DNA of 63,991 bases, the filler included, from Octopus bimaculoides (lineage: Eukaryota), in assembly GCF_001194135.2 (NCBI RefSeq). It is 6 parts of 6 records of this genome, joined end to end, with 100 filler letters (N's around TTAATTAATTAA, not from the genome) between each part and the next. Parts side by side here need not be neighbours in the genome. Positions count along the whole stretch, not along the records: positions 1 to 8,465 come from NC_069001.1; positions 8,566 to 33,174 come from NC_069006.1; 4 more parts are not named here. One strand, written 5' to 3'. How positions within the stretch are numbered: position 1 is the stretch's first letter; every line of letters begins with the position of its first letter. Below are positions 1 to 12,185 of this stretch, one piece after another. The position numbers were made by a program, and so were the translations under genes. The notes beneath the pieces are model-generated. The model ran no database searches. It had not been told where the DNA came from and saw nothing but the letters and a program-made list of their open reading frames with translations.

Positions 1-35
<35 letters not shown>

Positions 36-214
36 CACATATACATATATACACATATACATATATACATATATATATATATACACTTACATATACAAAC
101 ATGTATATAAATACATATTGAAATTAATAGAAATGAAACTAATATAGATATATAATGAAAATAATTGACATTGGAAACATATAATAGTGAAAGTATTATT
201 GAGATATTATTGTT

Positions 215-500
215 TCACTTTAGACACGTAATACGGAAACTGTAAGAGATAAGAGGTTGCTCCGAACTCGCATTAAGCAAGAAGTTGAAAATGTTTCTGC
301 TCCATGACTGCATGGGCCCTAAGTAAGGCATGTATAAAATTTGAATGAAATCCGTTGGGTAGATTTTGAGTTTTAGTGATGCATACATACATACATACAT
401 ACATACATACATGCATGCATACATACATACATACATACATACATACATACATACAGAGAGACAGACAGACAGACACACATTCTCAGTTTTATATATATAG
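215..500 (+). mobile_element. Non-autonomous Helitron-like element carrying an internal (ATAC)n/(AGAC)n microsatellite
   Basis: AAATTTGAATGAAATCCGTTGGGTAGATTTTGAGTTT, then a tetranucleotide microsatellite, then a TTTTATATATATAG end; this layout is typical of invertebrate microsatellite-carrying Helitron derivatives. Confidence 0.45.
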
Positions 501-681
501 ATATACATAAATATATATACATACATATATATATATAAATATAGATACAAAAACATACATATATATATATACATACATATACACATACATATATACATAT
601 ATACATATATACATACATGCATACATACGTAGGTACATACATATACATAGTTATATACATCGATATGTATAAAAGAGAGTT

Positions 682-741
<60 letters not shown>

Positions 742-760
742 CGTGTGTATGTTCCTTATG
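500..760. repeat. Compound (AT)n/(ATAC)n/(GT)n microsatellite; similar tracts at 1-120 and 1200-1255
   Basis: Direct reading. Confidence 0.95.
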
Positions 761-1212
761 CATTCGAAAATTGAGTTGCCAATTTTGACGTATGTGGTAT
801 CAAAAGATTTAGTAATCATTCGGCTACCAAATCAACTTTATTTTCATTTAAATATTTTCTACATTATCTCAACAACCATCTATAGTAATTTGAAATACAC
901 TTCTCTACAGCGACCAGGTTTCATTAGAAAGTGAAAATAATTTCACTCTTTCAATTTGAACCAAAATTACAAAGTGTTGTATTACGATAATGACGATGTG
1001 TGAATAATGAAAGTAATGTTTATCCGAATTACTCACATCTGTAATTACTCACATCTATAATAAAGAAAGCTGCTTATCATCTATCTTCCAAATAAACTAT
1101 GTTTTTGACGCAACTCTTTTTTACTACTAAAATAACNNNNNNNNNNAATATATACATGACAACACACATCTTCACTTACATACCCTTTCTCTCTCTCTCA
1201 TGCACACACACG

Positions 1213-1258
<46 letters not shown>

Positions 1259-1979
1259 CATTTCATATACACGTACATACATATTTCACTTTCTCCTCTC
1301 TTTCATTTTCTGCTCTCACTTCAAAGCAAATGTCACCTTTTCACTTTCTCCTCTCTTTCAATTTCTGCTTTCTTCAAAGCATAAAGAAAAAAGAAATTAC
1401 GGAAATTAACGAACAGTCATATGATCGAGTTGATAACTTTGCCGCTTCAAACGAAAGAATGCCATAAAATAACTTCTTTTGGNNNNNNNNNNNNNNNNNN
1501 NNNNNNNNNNNNNNNNNNNNNNNNNNNNNNNNNNNNNNNNNNNNNNNNNNNNNNNNNNNNNNNNNNNNNNNNNNNNNNNNNNNNNNNNNNNNNNNNNNNN
1601 NNNNNNNNNNNNNNNNNNNNNNNNNNNNNNNNNNNNNNNNNNNNNNNNNNNNNNNNNNNNNNNNNNNNNNNNNNNNNNNNNNNNNNNNNNNNNNNNNNNN
1701 NNNNNNNNNNNNNNNNNNNNNNNNNNNNNNNNNNNNNNNNNNNNNNNNNNNNNNNNNNNNNNNNNNNNNNNNNNNNNNNNNNNNNNNNNNNNNNNNNNNN
1801 NNNNNNNNNNNNNNNNNNNNNNNNNNNNNCTTTCAAAAAGCCACACACTCCCAATGTTTCGCTTTTAGCTTTTTGGAAAGTTTCTTCAGAAATAAAGTCG
1901 TTTACCTGTTGTTTGTAGCATGTTCAAATTGACATTTGCGCTCCCCACTTATTTTTTTCCTAAATTTCTTCTAATCCCT

Positions 1980-2650
1980 ATGTTTTCGATTCAGGAGATT
2001 AGGATTTTGTCCAAAAACACGTTCTCATTATTTTTAATCTTCCCCATCTCCACCCCAATTTCTTTATTTCTTAAAACGTGTTTCCATTTTTTTCTTGGTA
2101 ATACACGGAGAAAGAAAAACAGAGTACGAATCTTTGAGAATTTTCTTCTTCCTTTTTAGAAACACTAAAATCTCCTTCCCAAACATCCATCCATCACCTC
2201 ACCACTTTCAAAAAGCCACACACTCCCAATGTTTCGCTTTTAGCTTTTTGGAAAGTTTCTTCAGAAATAAAGTCGTTTACCTGTTGTTTCTAGCATGTCG
2301 GGTTTTCTGGTGGTGCTCTGGTATTTCTACGTCTGCTATTTCAGTACAATTCTACGCATACGTGAAACATCAAACGAAAGTGGAACATTGGGAGATTTTT
2401 AGCTTTTTGAAAGCGGGTAGGTGATGGATGGGTGATGTGGGGGAAGAAAAACTAAACTTTAAAAAAATATATTTCCCAGATTCGTAATCTCTGTATTTTC
2501 CTACGTGTATAAAAAAAAATTCGAAAAAGTTACAAATTGAAGAATTGCGGTGGAGAAATTAAAAATTTTGAAAATGCGGGGAGAAATTAAAAATTTCTGG
2601 GCAAAATCGTATTAACTGTTCGAATATTACCATCACCTGATCGAAAATCC
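1980..2650. mobile_element. Degenerate fold-back / MITE-like element with long imperfect inverted arms
   Basis: CTTTCAAAAAGC..CTCCCAATGTT (from 2205) versus AACATTGGGAG..GCTTTTTGAAAG (to about 2413). Further matched blocks lie outward (ATACACGG..ACGAATCT / AGATTCGT..CGTGTAT). Confidence 0.6.
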
Positions 2651-3110
2651 CACACATGCGAAGGCTACGACCAGCCATTTTGGTGATAGATCTTTACTTT
2701 ATATTCAAGCGATGCCTGTGTATGATGACTTTTTCATTGTGGGGGAAAGGAATTTCACAAATCCAATCCCACTCTCTGAACATGGACAACATAATACACA
2801 AAAAGAACTAGTCTACGTCATCGAATATTATCAGTGTCACAGATTTTCTCTCAGAGTTTCCCTCTCCTAGAGAGATGTTGTGACAACAACAGCGGGGCTT
2901 CCCACTCTCAGTGAGCCAACGCGCGCTTGGACACCAAAGCAGGCATTTCCACGTCCTCACGCATACGTACCTGCTTGGTTAGGAAGGTGATTGTTAGAGA
3001 CCCTGCAGGACAAAAATAAGACGTGTCAAAGGGCGGAAGAGCTCATGAGCAGTCAACGGTCATCCAACAATATATATATACACACACACACACACACATA
3101 TATGCATGTA

Positions 3111-3161
<51 letters not shown>

Positions 3162-3227
3162 AGATTCGGGTTGAGTGGCCCCGACCACTATAATATACCG
3201 GTGTCTTGGTGCAGATAACCTTTCCGC

Positions 3228-3286
<59 letters not shown>

Positions 3287-3311
3287 AGTCAGGGCCACTC
3301 AACCCGAATCT
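3162..3311. mobile_element. 150-bp MITE-like element with 31-bp terminal inverted repeats and an internal (GT)n(AT)n tract
   Basis: 3162-3192 AGATTCGGGTTGAGTGGCCCCGACCACTATA versus 3281-3311 reverse complement, 2 mismatches. Confidence 0.7.
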
Positions 3312-4447
3312 CTCTCTCTCTATATATGTATATATGTATATATATATATGTATGTATATAATATATATGTATGTATATATTATATATGTATGTGTATGTA
3401 TGCATATTGTATGTATGTATGTATGTATGTATGTATGTATGTATGTATATATATATGTATTATTAGCAACTGAAGCAGAAGAGTTGCAGGAGATTCCGAA
3501 GGCGACTGGATACTTCAGAGTTACTTATAGATCGGAGCAGAATTCTTATAATATGGGATGAACGACAACAAATTATGCATCTATTGTTGATGACGAAGTT
3601 GTCTATTCGGTTCCACATGGCCAATATCTGTGGAGCTGTTTGGGAATGCAGATGTTGATGAGGGTTAAAGGGCCATTAAACAGTTCTCAACCAAGATAGG
3701 GGATTAACCTAAAAAATTTATAAATTTAATGAATGTACGTTGTTGAAAAGGCTTAAATTACTTATTTGTGATCAGAAACTGTGGTACGGCCCTTCGCTAA
3801 AGGAATGTTTCCTTTGTTCATCATCATGTAAAGGAAAAGGGTCACTGAATACACATATACACAGAAACACACCCACACATACGCACTGGATCTTGCCGTC
3901 AAATATATTTCAAGTTTTACATCCCCGTTCCTGGTAAAACCCTTTCTTTAAATTTTCCAATGTGTCATCTCTTTTAAAAACCTTATGGTGTAAGCCTAGA
4001 GAGATTTAACTGCTGTTTCTAGTAGATCCAGTGATAACAGGTACCTTCGTTGGTTCTTATTGATTGATATAAAGATCTAAGATACGAATGTAATTAGTGA
4101 GAAGTCTTAATTAATTAAGCGAAGTTAGGATGTTTAATCAATTAGTTACGTAACTCTCTAATGATATTATGGCGAAACCTCACTCTACACGTAGTTGCCA
4201 TTGAGAAAAGATCACGTGAATGCTATTATGACTATTCATGTGAATCATATGAATATTAATTACATTCACATTAATTATATGAATATTAATCATGTGTACT
4301 TTAATTTATTATTAACAATCATATAATTCTGTATGCACATATATTGTCTTCTAAATTACGCAATGTTGAAAATAACACTGACATCTCATTTTAACAGATA
4401 TATTTACCAAAATTATATAAAAATAGCTTGAAATACTAAAGAGTTGA

Positions 4448-5090
4448 TTTATTCAATAAAATCGCCATTGGCTGAAACCACGGCATCCGGAAAGCTTCAG
4501 ATTCTCCTGCAACTCTTCTCCTTGTATAAGTTGGTGAATGCCGCCATAATCCTTGCCTTCAATTCATCTTTGGTATTACAAGGAGTTTTGTTGGTCTCTC
4601 GCTCAACTGTGCCCCACACATAATAATCAAGATGGTTGCAGCTTGGGGAGTTAGGTGGCCAGATGTTAGGGGTGGTGTGGTCGCAGAAATTGTCTGACAG
4701 CTATGACTGGGTTCTTCTGTTTGTGTGGCATGGTACAGAGTCTTGTTGCCAGACATCGGGTCTTCCAGCAGCCACCCTCTTGACCCAGGGTAGCACTACC
4801 TCCTCTAGGCACTTGATGTAGGCCTCCGTGTTGAGTCTGAGGCCTTGTGGGAAGATGAATGGAGGAATAACATTGCCATCGCTAGAGATCACTCCAGACA
4901 CCATGATGTTGATTGGTTGTTTGATTTTTATCACTCTCAGTACATGTTTTGGGAACACTGCAAGCCAAAAGTTGTTTTGTGTGTTCACATTTCCGGCGCA
5001 AATTCCAGGCAATGCAGCATGTCGTTTCCAAATTTCTGGTAGGGCGAATTGCGTCATAGTGGTGTTTTTCTCACAGACGGTGTCCAACTG
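4448..5090 (-). mobile_element. Tc1/mariner-superfamily transposase fossil, DD37D (maT-type), with stops
   Basis: Minus translation KQPINIMVSGVISSDG...WQQDSVPCHT...WPPNSPSCNHLDYYVWG. There are 37 positions between the second and third catalytic Asp, counting an in-frame TAG where Trp is expected. Confidence 0.85.
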
Positions 5091-5188
5091 ACCCAACTAT
5101 ACTGTGTAGTCGACAAAATCCAAAATAAACAATGCGCATGTGCAAAATGAAAATTATGAAATGGAGACAATTTACCCATCGCACCCAG

Positions 5189-5399
<211 letters not shown>

Positions 5400-5400
<1 letters not shown>

Positions 5401-5612
5401 GACGGTGAAGTGGCAGAATCGTTAGCACGTTGGGCAAAATGCTTAGCGGCATTTGTCTGTCTTTACATTCTGGGGTTCAAATGTCGCCAGGGTTGAGTTA
5501 GCGTTTCACCCTTTCGGAAATCGATAAAATAAGTACCAGATGAGCACTGGTGTCGATGTAACCGACTTAGCCCCTTCCCTGAAGTTGCTGGCCTTGTGTC
5601 AAAATTTGAAAC
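5400..5612 (+). mobile_element. tRNA-derived SINE family A
   Basis: A-box-like TGGCAGAATCG, B-box-like GGTTCAAAT, body CCTTTCGG..GATAAAATAAGTACCAG shared with more than 10 copies in the window. Confidence 0.8.
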
Positions 5613-5679
5613 CAATATAAATCATGTAAGGTATTAATATATATTGATATTAATATCTTAGGATAACTCTTATTATCTC

Positions 5680-5699
5680 TCTTTCTTTCTTTCTCTTTT

Positions 5700-5770
<71 letters not shown>

Positions 5771-6753
5771 NNNNNNNNNNNNNNNNNNNNNNNNNNNNNN
5801 NNNNNNNNNNNNNNNNNNNNNNNNNNNNNNNNNNNNNNNNNNNNNNNNNNNNNNNNNNNNNNNNNNNNNNNNNNNNNNNNNNNNNNNNNNNNNNNNNNNN
5901 NNNNNNNNNNNNNNNNNNNNNNNNNNNNNNNNNNNNNNNNNNNNNNNNNNNNNNNNNNNNNNNNNNNNNNNNNNNNNNNNNNNNNNNNNNNNNNNNNNNN
6001 NNNNNNNNNNNNNNNNNNNNNNNNNNNNNNNNNNNNNNNNNNNNNNNNNNNNNNNNNNNNNNNNNNNNNNNNNNNNNNNNNNNNNNNNNNNNNNNNNNNN
6101 NNNNNNNNNNNNNNNNNNNNNNNNNNNNNNNNNNNNNNNNNNNNNNNNNNNNNNNNNNNNNNNNNNNNNNNNNNNNNNNNNNNNNNNNNNNNNNNNNNNN
6201 NNNNNNNNNNNNNNNNNNNNNNNNNNNNNNNNNNNNNNNNNNNNNNNNNNNNNNNNNNNNNNNNNNNNNNNNNNNNNNNNNNNNNNNNNNNNNNNNNNNN
6301 NNNNNNNNNNNNNNNNNNNNNNNNNNNNNNNNNNNNNNNNNNNNNNNNNNNNNNNNNNNNNNNNNNNNNNNNNNNNNNNNNNNNNNNNNNNNNNNNNNNN
6401 NNNNNNNNNNNNNNNNNNNNNNNNNNNNNNNNNNNNNNNNNNNNNNNNNNNNNNNNNNNNNNNNNNNNNNNNNNNNNNNNNNNNNNNNNNNNNNNNNNNN
6501 NNNNNNNNNNNNNNNNNNNNNNNNNNNNNNNNNNNNNNNNNNNNNNNNNNNNNNNNNNNNNNNNNNNNNNNNNNNNNNNNNNNNNNNNNNNNNNNNNNNN
6601 NNNNNNNNNNNNNNNNNNNNNNNNNNNNNNNNNNNNNNNNNNNNNNNNNNNNNNNNNNNNNNNNNNNNNNNNNNNNNNNNNNNNNNNNNNNNNNNNNNNN
6701 NNNNNNNNNNNNNNNNNNNNNNNNNNNNNNNNNNNNNNNNNNNNNNNNNNNNN

Positions 6754-6806
<53 letters not shown>

Positions 6807-7250
6807 AACAGACTGACAGAAAGAGACAGAGAAAGAGAGGAAGGGAAAGTAAGAGAGAGTGAGAGTGAAAAAGGGACAGAGAGACAGAGAGAGACAGAGA
6901 GAGACGGAGAGTGAGGGTGACAGATGGAAATAGGGAGGGAGAGTGAAAGGAGAAGGAGAGAGAGGGAGAGGGAGAAAGCGGGAGAGGGAGAAAGAAAGAG
7001 AGAGATAGAGAAGAAGGAGAGCAAGGGAGAGGAAGACAGAGAGGGAGAGAGAGAAGAAAGAGAGAGTGTGAGAGTGGTAGAGAGAGGGGAGAAAGGAAGG
7101 AGTGGGAGAGAGAGAGGGAGGGAGAGGGAGAGAAGGAGAGTGAGGGTAGCAGTAGAGAAGAGCAAATGGGTGAGAGATATAATTAAAGAGAGAGAGAGAA
7201 GGAGTGAGAGAGAGAGAGAGAGAGAATCAGTGAGTAGAAAAGAGAAAGAG
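5680..7250. repeat. (CT)n, N gap, (GA)n and a purine-rich degenerate GA repeat
   Basis: Direct reading; source of the spurious ER-rich and LS-rich ORFs. Confidence 0.9.
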
Positions 7251-7656
7251 AATTGGTATAAGGATAATTAGTAAGAAAGTTATTTGTTGTTGTTGTTGTT
7301 GTTGTTATTTATCTGGAGATCAGCACCGACAATCAGGCCTATGATCAAAGGAATTCTAGTCAAGATCACTCCGTATCTTTTCCAAGCTATTGATCCCAAC
7401 TATTGATCCTTGCAATTCATTGGATCCTCGGGCAATCACCATCAATTCAATTTCCATAAACCACGATTCAAGATGGCGGTTTTATGGAAATCGAAGCGAT
7501 GGTGAATATGGGAGGGTTGTATGAATTGCAAGAATCAATATTATCATGCAATTCATCTGGTGAAACTTTTAGTTGCATTTATATTTCATTTTATGTTATG
7601 TCCTTATATGCATGTTTGTACATATGCTCGCATGTCTCTCCTGTTTGCTATGCACA

Positions 7657-7714
<58 letters not shown>

Positions 7715-7852
7715 TACATACATACACATACGCACACACAGAGAGCAGGGGAAACCAAAGTTATCCACAGTTTCGCCTAAACTTCTTTAAAGTTCGTCGC
7801 ACTGCCTTCAACGCTCGCCTGCAAAATGGTGGTAATCTTGTGGTTATACATC

Positions 7853-8233
7853 GTGGCACTCCGTCGATTACGGCGACGAAGGTTCCAGTTGATCCGATCA
7901 ACGGAACAGCCAGCTCGTGAAATTAACGTGCAAGTGGCTGAGCACTCCACCATGTGTACCCTTAATGTAATTCTCAGGGAAATTCAGCATGACACAGAGT
8001 GTGACAAGGCTGGCCCTTTGAAATACAGGTACAACGGAAACAGGAAGCGAGAGTAAGAGAAAGTTTTGGTGAAAGAAAACAGCAGGGTTCGCCACCATCC
8101 CTTGCCGGAGCCTCGTGGAGCCGTTTAGGTGTTTTCGCTGAATAAACACTCACAACGTCCGGTCTAGGAATCGAAACCGCGATCCTATGACCGCGAATCC
8201 GCTGCCCTAGCCATTGGGCCATTGCGCCTCCAC
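7853..8233 (-). mobile_element. tRNA-derived SINE family D, near full length
   Basis: Minus head GTGGAGGCGCAATGGCCCAATGGCTAGGGCAGCGG...GGTTTCGATTCC with A and B boxes; homologous plus-strand copy at 41289-41590. Confidence 0.8.
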
Positions 8234-8239
8234 TGTGGT

Positions 8240-8465
8240 CATATAACCGAAGATTGACCTTAATTGCTCCAGTTTTCTTTCTTGTGTTACAGAGTAAATA
8301 TAGTCGCTCCTCTGGCAGTGTGCACCAACGAAGACGGAGGTCAGTGATACGATTTCTCTGTTCTGAAGGTGTGTCAGGGTCTGAAATTCATCGCAGTCTT
8401 TCAGTACAATATTGGACATTGCTCTATCGCGCAGAAGTGAAAAGTTTCAAATTGGCCGGACAAAC
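8240..8465 (+). mobile_element. Mariner transposase 5' fragment (N-terminal HTH), cut by the scaffold end
   Basis: RSVIRFLCSEGVSGSEIHRSLSVQY resembles the mariner N-terminal helix-turn-helix (QRxVIxFLxxEGxxxxEIHRRL). Confidence 0.7.
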
Positions 8466-8565
8466 NNNNNNNNNNNNNNNNNNNNNNNNNNNNNNNNNNN
8501 NNNNNNNNNTTAATTAATTAANNNNNNNNNNNNNNNNNNNNNNNNNNNNNNNNNNNNNNNNNNNN
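8466..8565. other. Artificial scaffold-joining spacer (N44-TTAATTAATTAA-N44)
   Basis: Exactly 100 nt with stop codons in all six frames; the identical structure recurs five times. Confidence 0.95.
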
Positions 8566-8850
8566 TCTTTATAATCGTAATGTATGCCGTTTGAAAGGTA
8601 TTTCTAAAATTTCATTGAACCCACCCCACCGCCATTTTCCTAAAAGTTACAAAGGAAAAGCTCGGATCTTGTAAATTTTCCGATGTCCTCTCCTCACCCT
8701 CTTGGAAAAAATTTTCCTCACAAATTTCTTTATAATCGTAATGTATGCCGTTTGAAAGGTATTTCTATAAAATTTCATTTATAAAAAAAAACCCATTTTC
8801 CTAAAAGTTACGAAGGAAAAGCTCGGATCTTGTGAGTTTTCCGAAATCTT
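8566..8850. repeat. Diverged tandem duplication, period about 161 bp
   Basis: TCTTTATAATCGTAATGTATGCCGTTTGAAAGGTATTTCTA at 8566 and 8727; CCATTTTCCTAAAAGTTAC..GCTCGGATCTTGT is also repeated. Confidence 0.85.
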
Positions 8851-10589
8851 CTCCCCACCCATCCGTTGCTTTGCGCGCATTTGTTTCCTCATATTCGTTT
8901 CCTTGACATTGTTTTACACCCATTTCAGTATTTTTGGGAGGGGAGGGTTTTCATTTTCGGGTCAAGATGTAAACAAATCCGATTTTTTTCTCCCCCTTAG
9001 TGAAAATCGTGGATTTACCAAAAATGTACCATAAGAAATGTGCATTATTCACTTAAATTGTTTGTAGAAAATAATGCAGGGTAGTTCAAACGTGGGTAAG
9101 TTATGAAAAACGAAAGCATTATCACATTTATTGCAATATTTCGTTGTTATTGCAATTCCTGTTTACAAACCTAAGGCGTTGTTTCACTAAGTAAACTTGT
9201 CAATTGTTCGCTCGCCAAGCTTTGAGTAAATTAATTTCCAAAATGTTTAACCCTCTGAGGCAAGATCTTAAAGCACTAATCTGTATTCGTTCTTTCCACT
9301 TATACTTAGGCCGTCCGTTGGAGTCATAGGGCTTACAAATTTAATTTCTAGCTATAGTCTTTAATTTTTGCTTCACATTGTCATTGTTTTTCAGTGCTTT
9401 CGTTTCCGAGTAGGTTGGGTTCGATTTAAAAACTTTTGCTCTTGTAATTTATGATAACTTATATTTTCTTTCATCTGCACAATCTTATATAGTTGACAAT
9501 TTTTATATGAAGTATAATAATAAATGTATCTTTTTTTAAAGTTGATAGTAATTGGGAGATGAAACAGGAAGAACAGATTTGTTAGTCATTAATAAATTCA
9601 AATTATTTAGTTGACAGACCTTTAAAAAAAAATCAGTAGTGGGGAAAAATTCCTTTAAATAAAAGGGTCCCTTGATGGTGAAAAGGTTGGGGATCACCGG
9701 ATTAGAGATTAATTGTGACCTGTTTTTATTTCATTTAAATGTTTTATTGAGAGGTCCTGCAAAAGGTCAGTTTTGATGACCTTTTGTAGAACCCGGGACA
9801 CTGGTAAAAATGATAATGAACTCAAATATAATTTAGCCCTTTTGTTACCATATTTCTTTTGAAATCCACTGCTTTTGTTTCAATTAATTTTGAAGATAAT
9901 AAAGAATTTAGTCAAGTAACTTTGTCTTTAAGCTGATGTTTGGAACAAATTAACATGAAATTTCAATGAAAGATTTTAGTTTAGATCAGTTTTACAGGAC
10001 TTTTGTATCATACAACCATGGGTCAATTGGTTTCTGATGAGTTGGTTAAAGTCTCACACCAGTAAGGATTTCAATAAAGACACCCAAGGGTCTTTATGGG
10101 GTTAGGATTAAATGGAGACACCTGACTCAGCTATGAAGATGAGGTGTCACAAGTGGAGTTACAAGAGATGTCATAAATGGCATCACAATTAGTTGAGTTT
10201 GGTATAAATTGTTGTCACTGTTTTGAAATGAAAACCTGTAGAGCCATATTTCATCAAACCAAAAGGAATAACACCAACACAAAACATTAGAATATATTTC
10301 ATCTTTATTTCACTCAATGGCAAATTTATCGCAAACTGTTTTTTCCTTCCCAAATCTATTGTTTATTTTTTTCATTTATTTTTATTTTTATTTTGTTTTC
10401 AAATACTATTTATTTATTATTATCAAATTTTTGTTTTATTTTACAATTTTTAAACAAAGAATCTTTTAAAAGATTTCAAGATAAATGTCCAATATTTAGG
10501 TTATCTTTTGTTAGAATTTTGTTAGAATATATTGGCATTGATTATGTAATCTAATGGAATAGATCCACAAAATCTAGCTCCATTTGTTT

Positions 10590-10910
10590 TCACATCAACC
10601 ATTATTTAAGTTAAAGAACAGGATTAACCAAGAATTAATTAAAAAATGTGACTAATTTATTAGTTAAAAGATGTGATTAATCAAAAGAGATGATTAACCA
10701 ATTAGTTAAATGATGTAATTAATGAATAATCAAAGGTCAGGATTAATCAATAATTAAACAACACAACTTACCAATAATTCATTAAAGAATGTAATTAACC
10801 AAAAATTAGTTAACATGTAATTAAGCTACAATTAGTTAAAAGATGTAATTAACTAGATAAAGGATGTGATTAACCAATTATATGGTTAACCAATGATTAG
10901 TTAATTAATC
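10590..10910. repeat. Degenerate AT-rich minisatellite (GATGTGATTAACCAATTAGTTAAA-like units)
   Basis: Recurrent GATGTRATTAA and ATTAGTTAA motifs. Confidence 0.6.
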
Positions 10911-10917
10911 ATCTTGA

Positions 10918-11150
10918 CCCTTTAGCATTCAGATTACTCTAACGAGTCTCATCCTTATTTAATCACATTGTTTTTTTAATTAATCCTGCATTATCTCGTA
11001 GCTTTGAGATTTCAATGATGTTATTGTTTATTTTTAGAATGACATTGTAGGGTGGATGTGAGAGGCTGGATCTGGCCTATCACATGGTTGGAACATAAAA
11101 CAAGATGAATGTTTGGACCCCTGAAAATGGCTGATTTAAATGCTAAAGGG
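10918..11150. mobile_element. piggyBac-like MITE, copy 1
   Basis: TIR CCCTTTAGCATT ... AATGCTAAAGGG; TTAA-like flank (TTGA) on the left. Confidence 0.75.
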
Positions 11151-11172
11151 ATACTTATATAAGTATGTATAA

Positions 11173-11388
11173 CCCTTTAGCATTCAGATTATTCCGTCAA
11201 ATGTAATCCTTATTCAAATTGTTTTGAATTAATCCTGCATTATCTCATAGCTTTGAGATTTTGGTGAAGTGATTGTTCATCTTTAGAATGACACTGTTGG
11301 TTAGGTGTGACAAGCCAGATCTGGCCAATTTCAACATAAAACAGGTGAAATATTCGGGGCAGATATGGCTGGTTTAAATGCTAAAAGA
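11173..11388. mobile_element. piggyBac-like MITE, copy 2, in tandem with copy 1
   Basis: CCCTTTAGCATT ... AATGCTAAAAGA followed by TTAA; internal homology to copy 1. Confidence 0.75.
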
Positions 11389-11760
11389 TTAACCTAAAGA
11401 TTAGATTAATTGTCATGACAATTCTATAATGGAATTTACTGCCATCCTTCTCTGTCTACGGGGGTGGGGTGGGGGGAAGTTCTATAAAACAAACAATAAA
11501 ATTTCAAAAATTAAAAATAGATTATCACTCAGCCACTCAATATGATAAACTTAGTTGTTTTATTCATTAATTGAAAGTTATCAAATATATTTAATCAATC
11601 AATCACTGATTGAACTCCATTGATATTAAATTGATTAGTTCATGACAAAATATTGCTCCAAGTAATTTTCAGGAAATAGAATTTTTTCAAGAGATGATGC
11701 TACTACTACTACCACAACCACTACTACCACTACCACTACTTCTACCACCACTACCACTAC

Positions 11761-11793
<33 letters not shown>

Positions 11794-11794
11794 T

Positions 11795-12001
11795 CTTTTA
11801 CTTGTTTCAGTCATTTGACTGTGGTCATGCTGGAGCACTGCCTTTTGTCGAACAAATTGACCCCAGGACTTATTCTTTGTAAGCCTAGTACTAACTTATT
11901 CTATCGGTCTCTTTTGTTGAACCGCTAAGTTACGGGGATGTAAACACACCAACATCGGTTGTCAAGCGACAGTGGGGAGACAAACACAGACACACAAACA
12001 T

Positions 12002-12048
<47 letters not shown>

Positions 12049-12182
12049 AGGCTTCTTTCAGTTTTCATCTACCAAATCCACTCACAAGGCTTTAGTCAGC
12101 CCAAGGCTATAGCAGAAGACATTTGCCCAAGGTGCCACTCAGTGGGACTGAACCTGGAACCATGTGGTTGGTAAGCAAGCTA
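11795..12182 (-). mobile_element. SINE family B with internal microsatellite
   Basis: Reverse complement of the copy at 59725-60143; (TTA)n/(CTA)n tract at 11700-11795 next to the tail. Confidence 0.85.
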
Positions 12183-12185
12183 TTA

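Noticed and set aside
7853-8233. tRNA genes at SINE heads (also 26865-27016, 41289, 59725)
   Set aside because: A and B boxes are present, but there is no complete cloverleaf and each continues into a repeated SINE body
8510-8521. TTAATTAATTAA as a recurrent regulatory or homeobox motif, or as a CRISPR-like repeat
   Set aside because: It is centred in exactly 44+44 Ns five times, so it is a synthetic linker
10035-10125. C/D box snoRNA (TGATGA ... CTGA)
   Set aside because: The C box lacks the leading purine, there is no terminal stem and no recognisable rRNA antisense element
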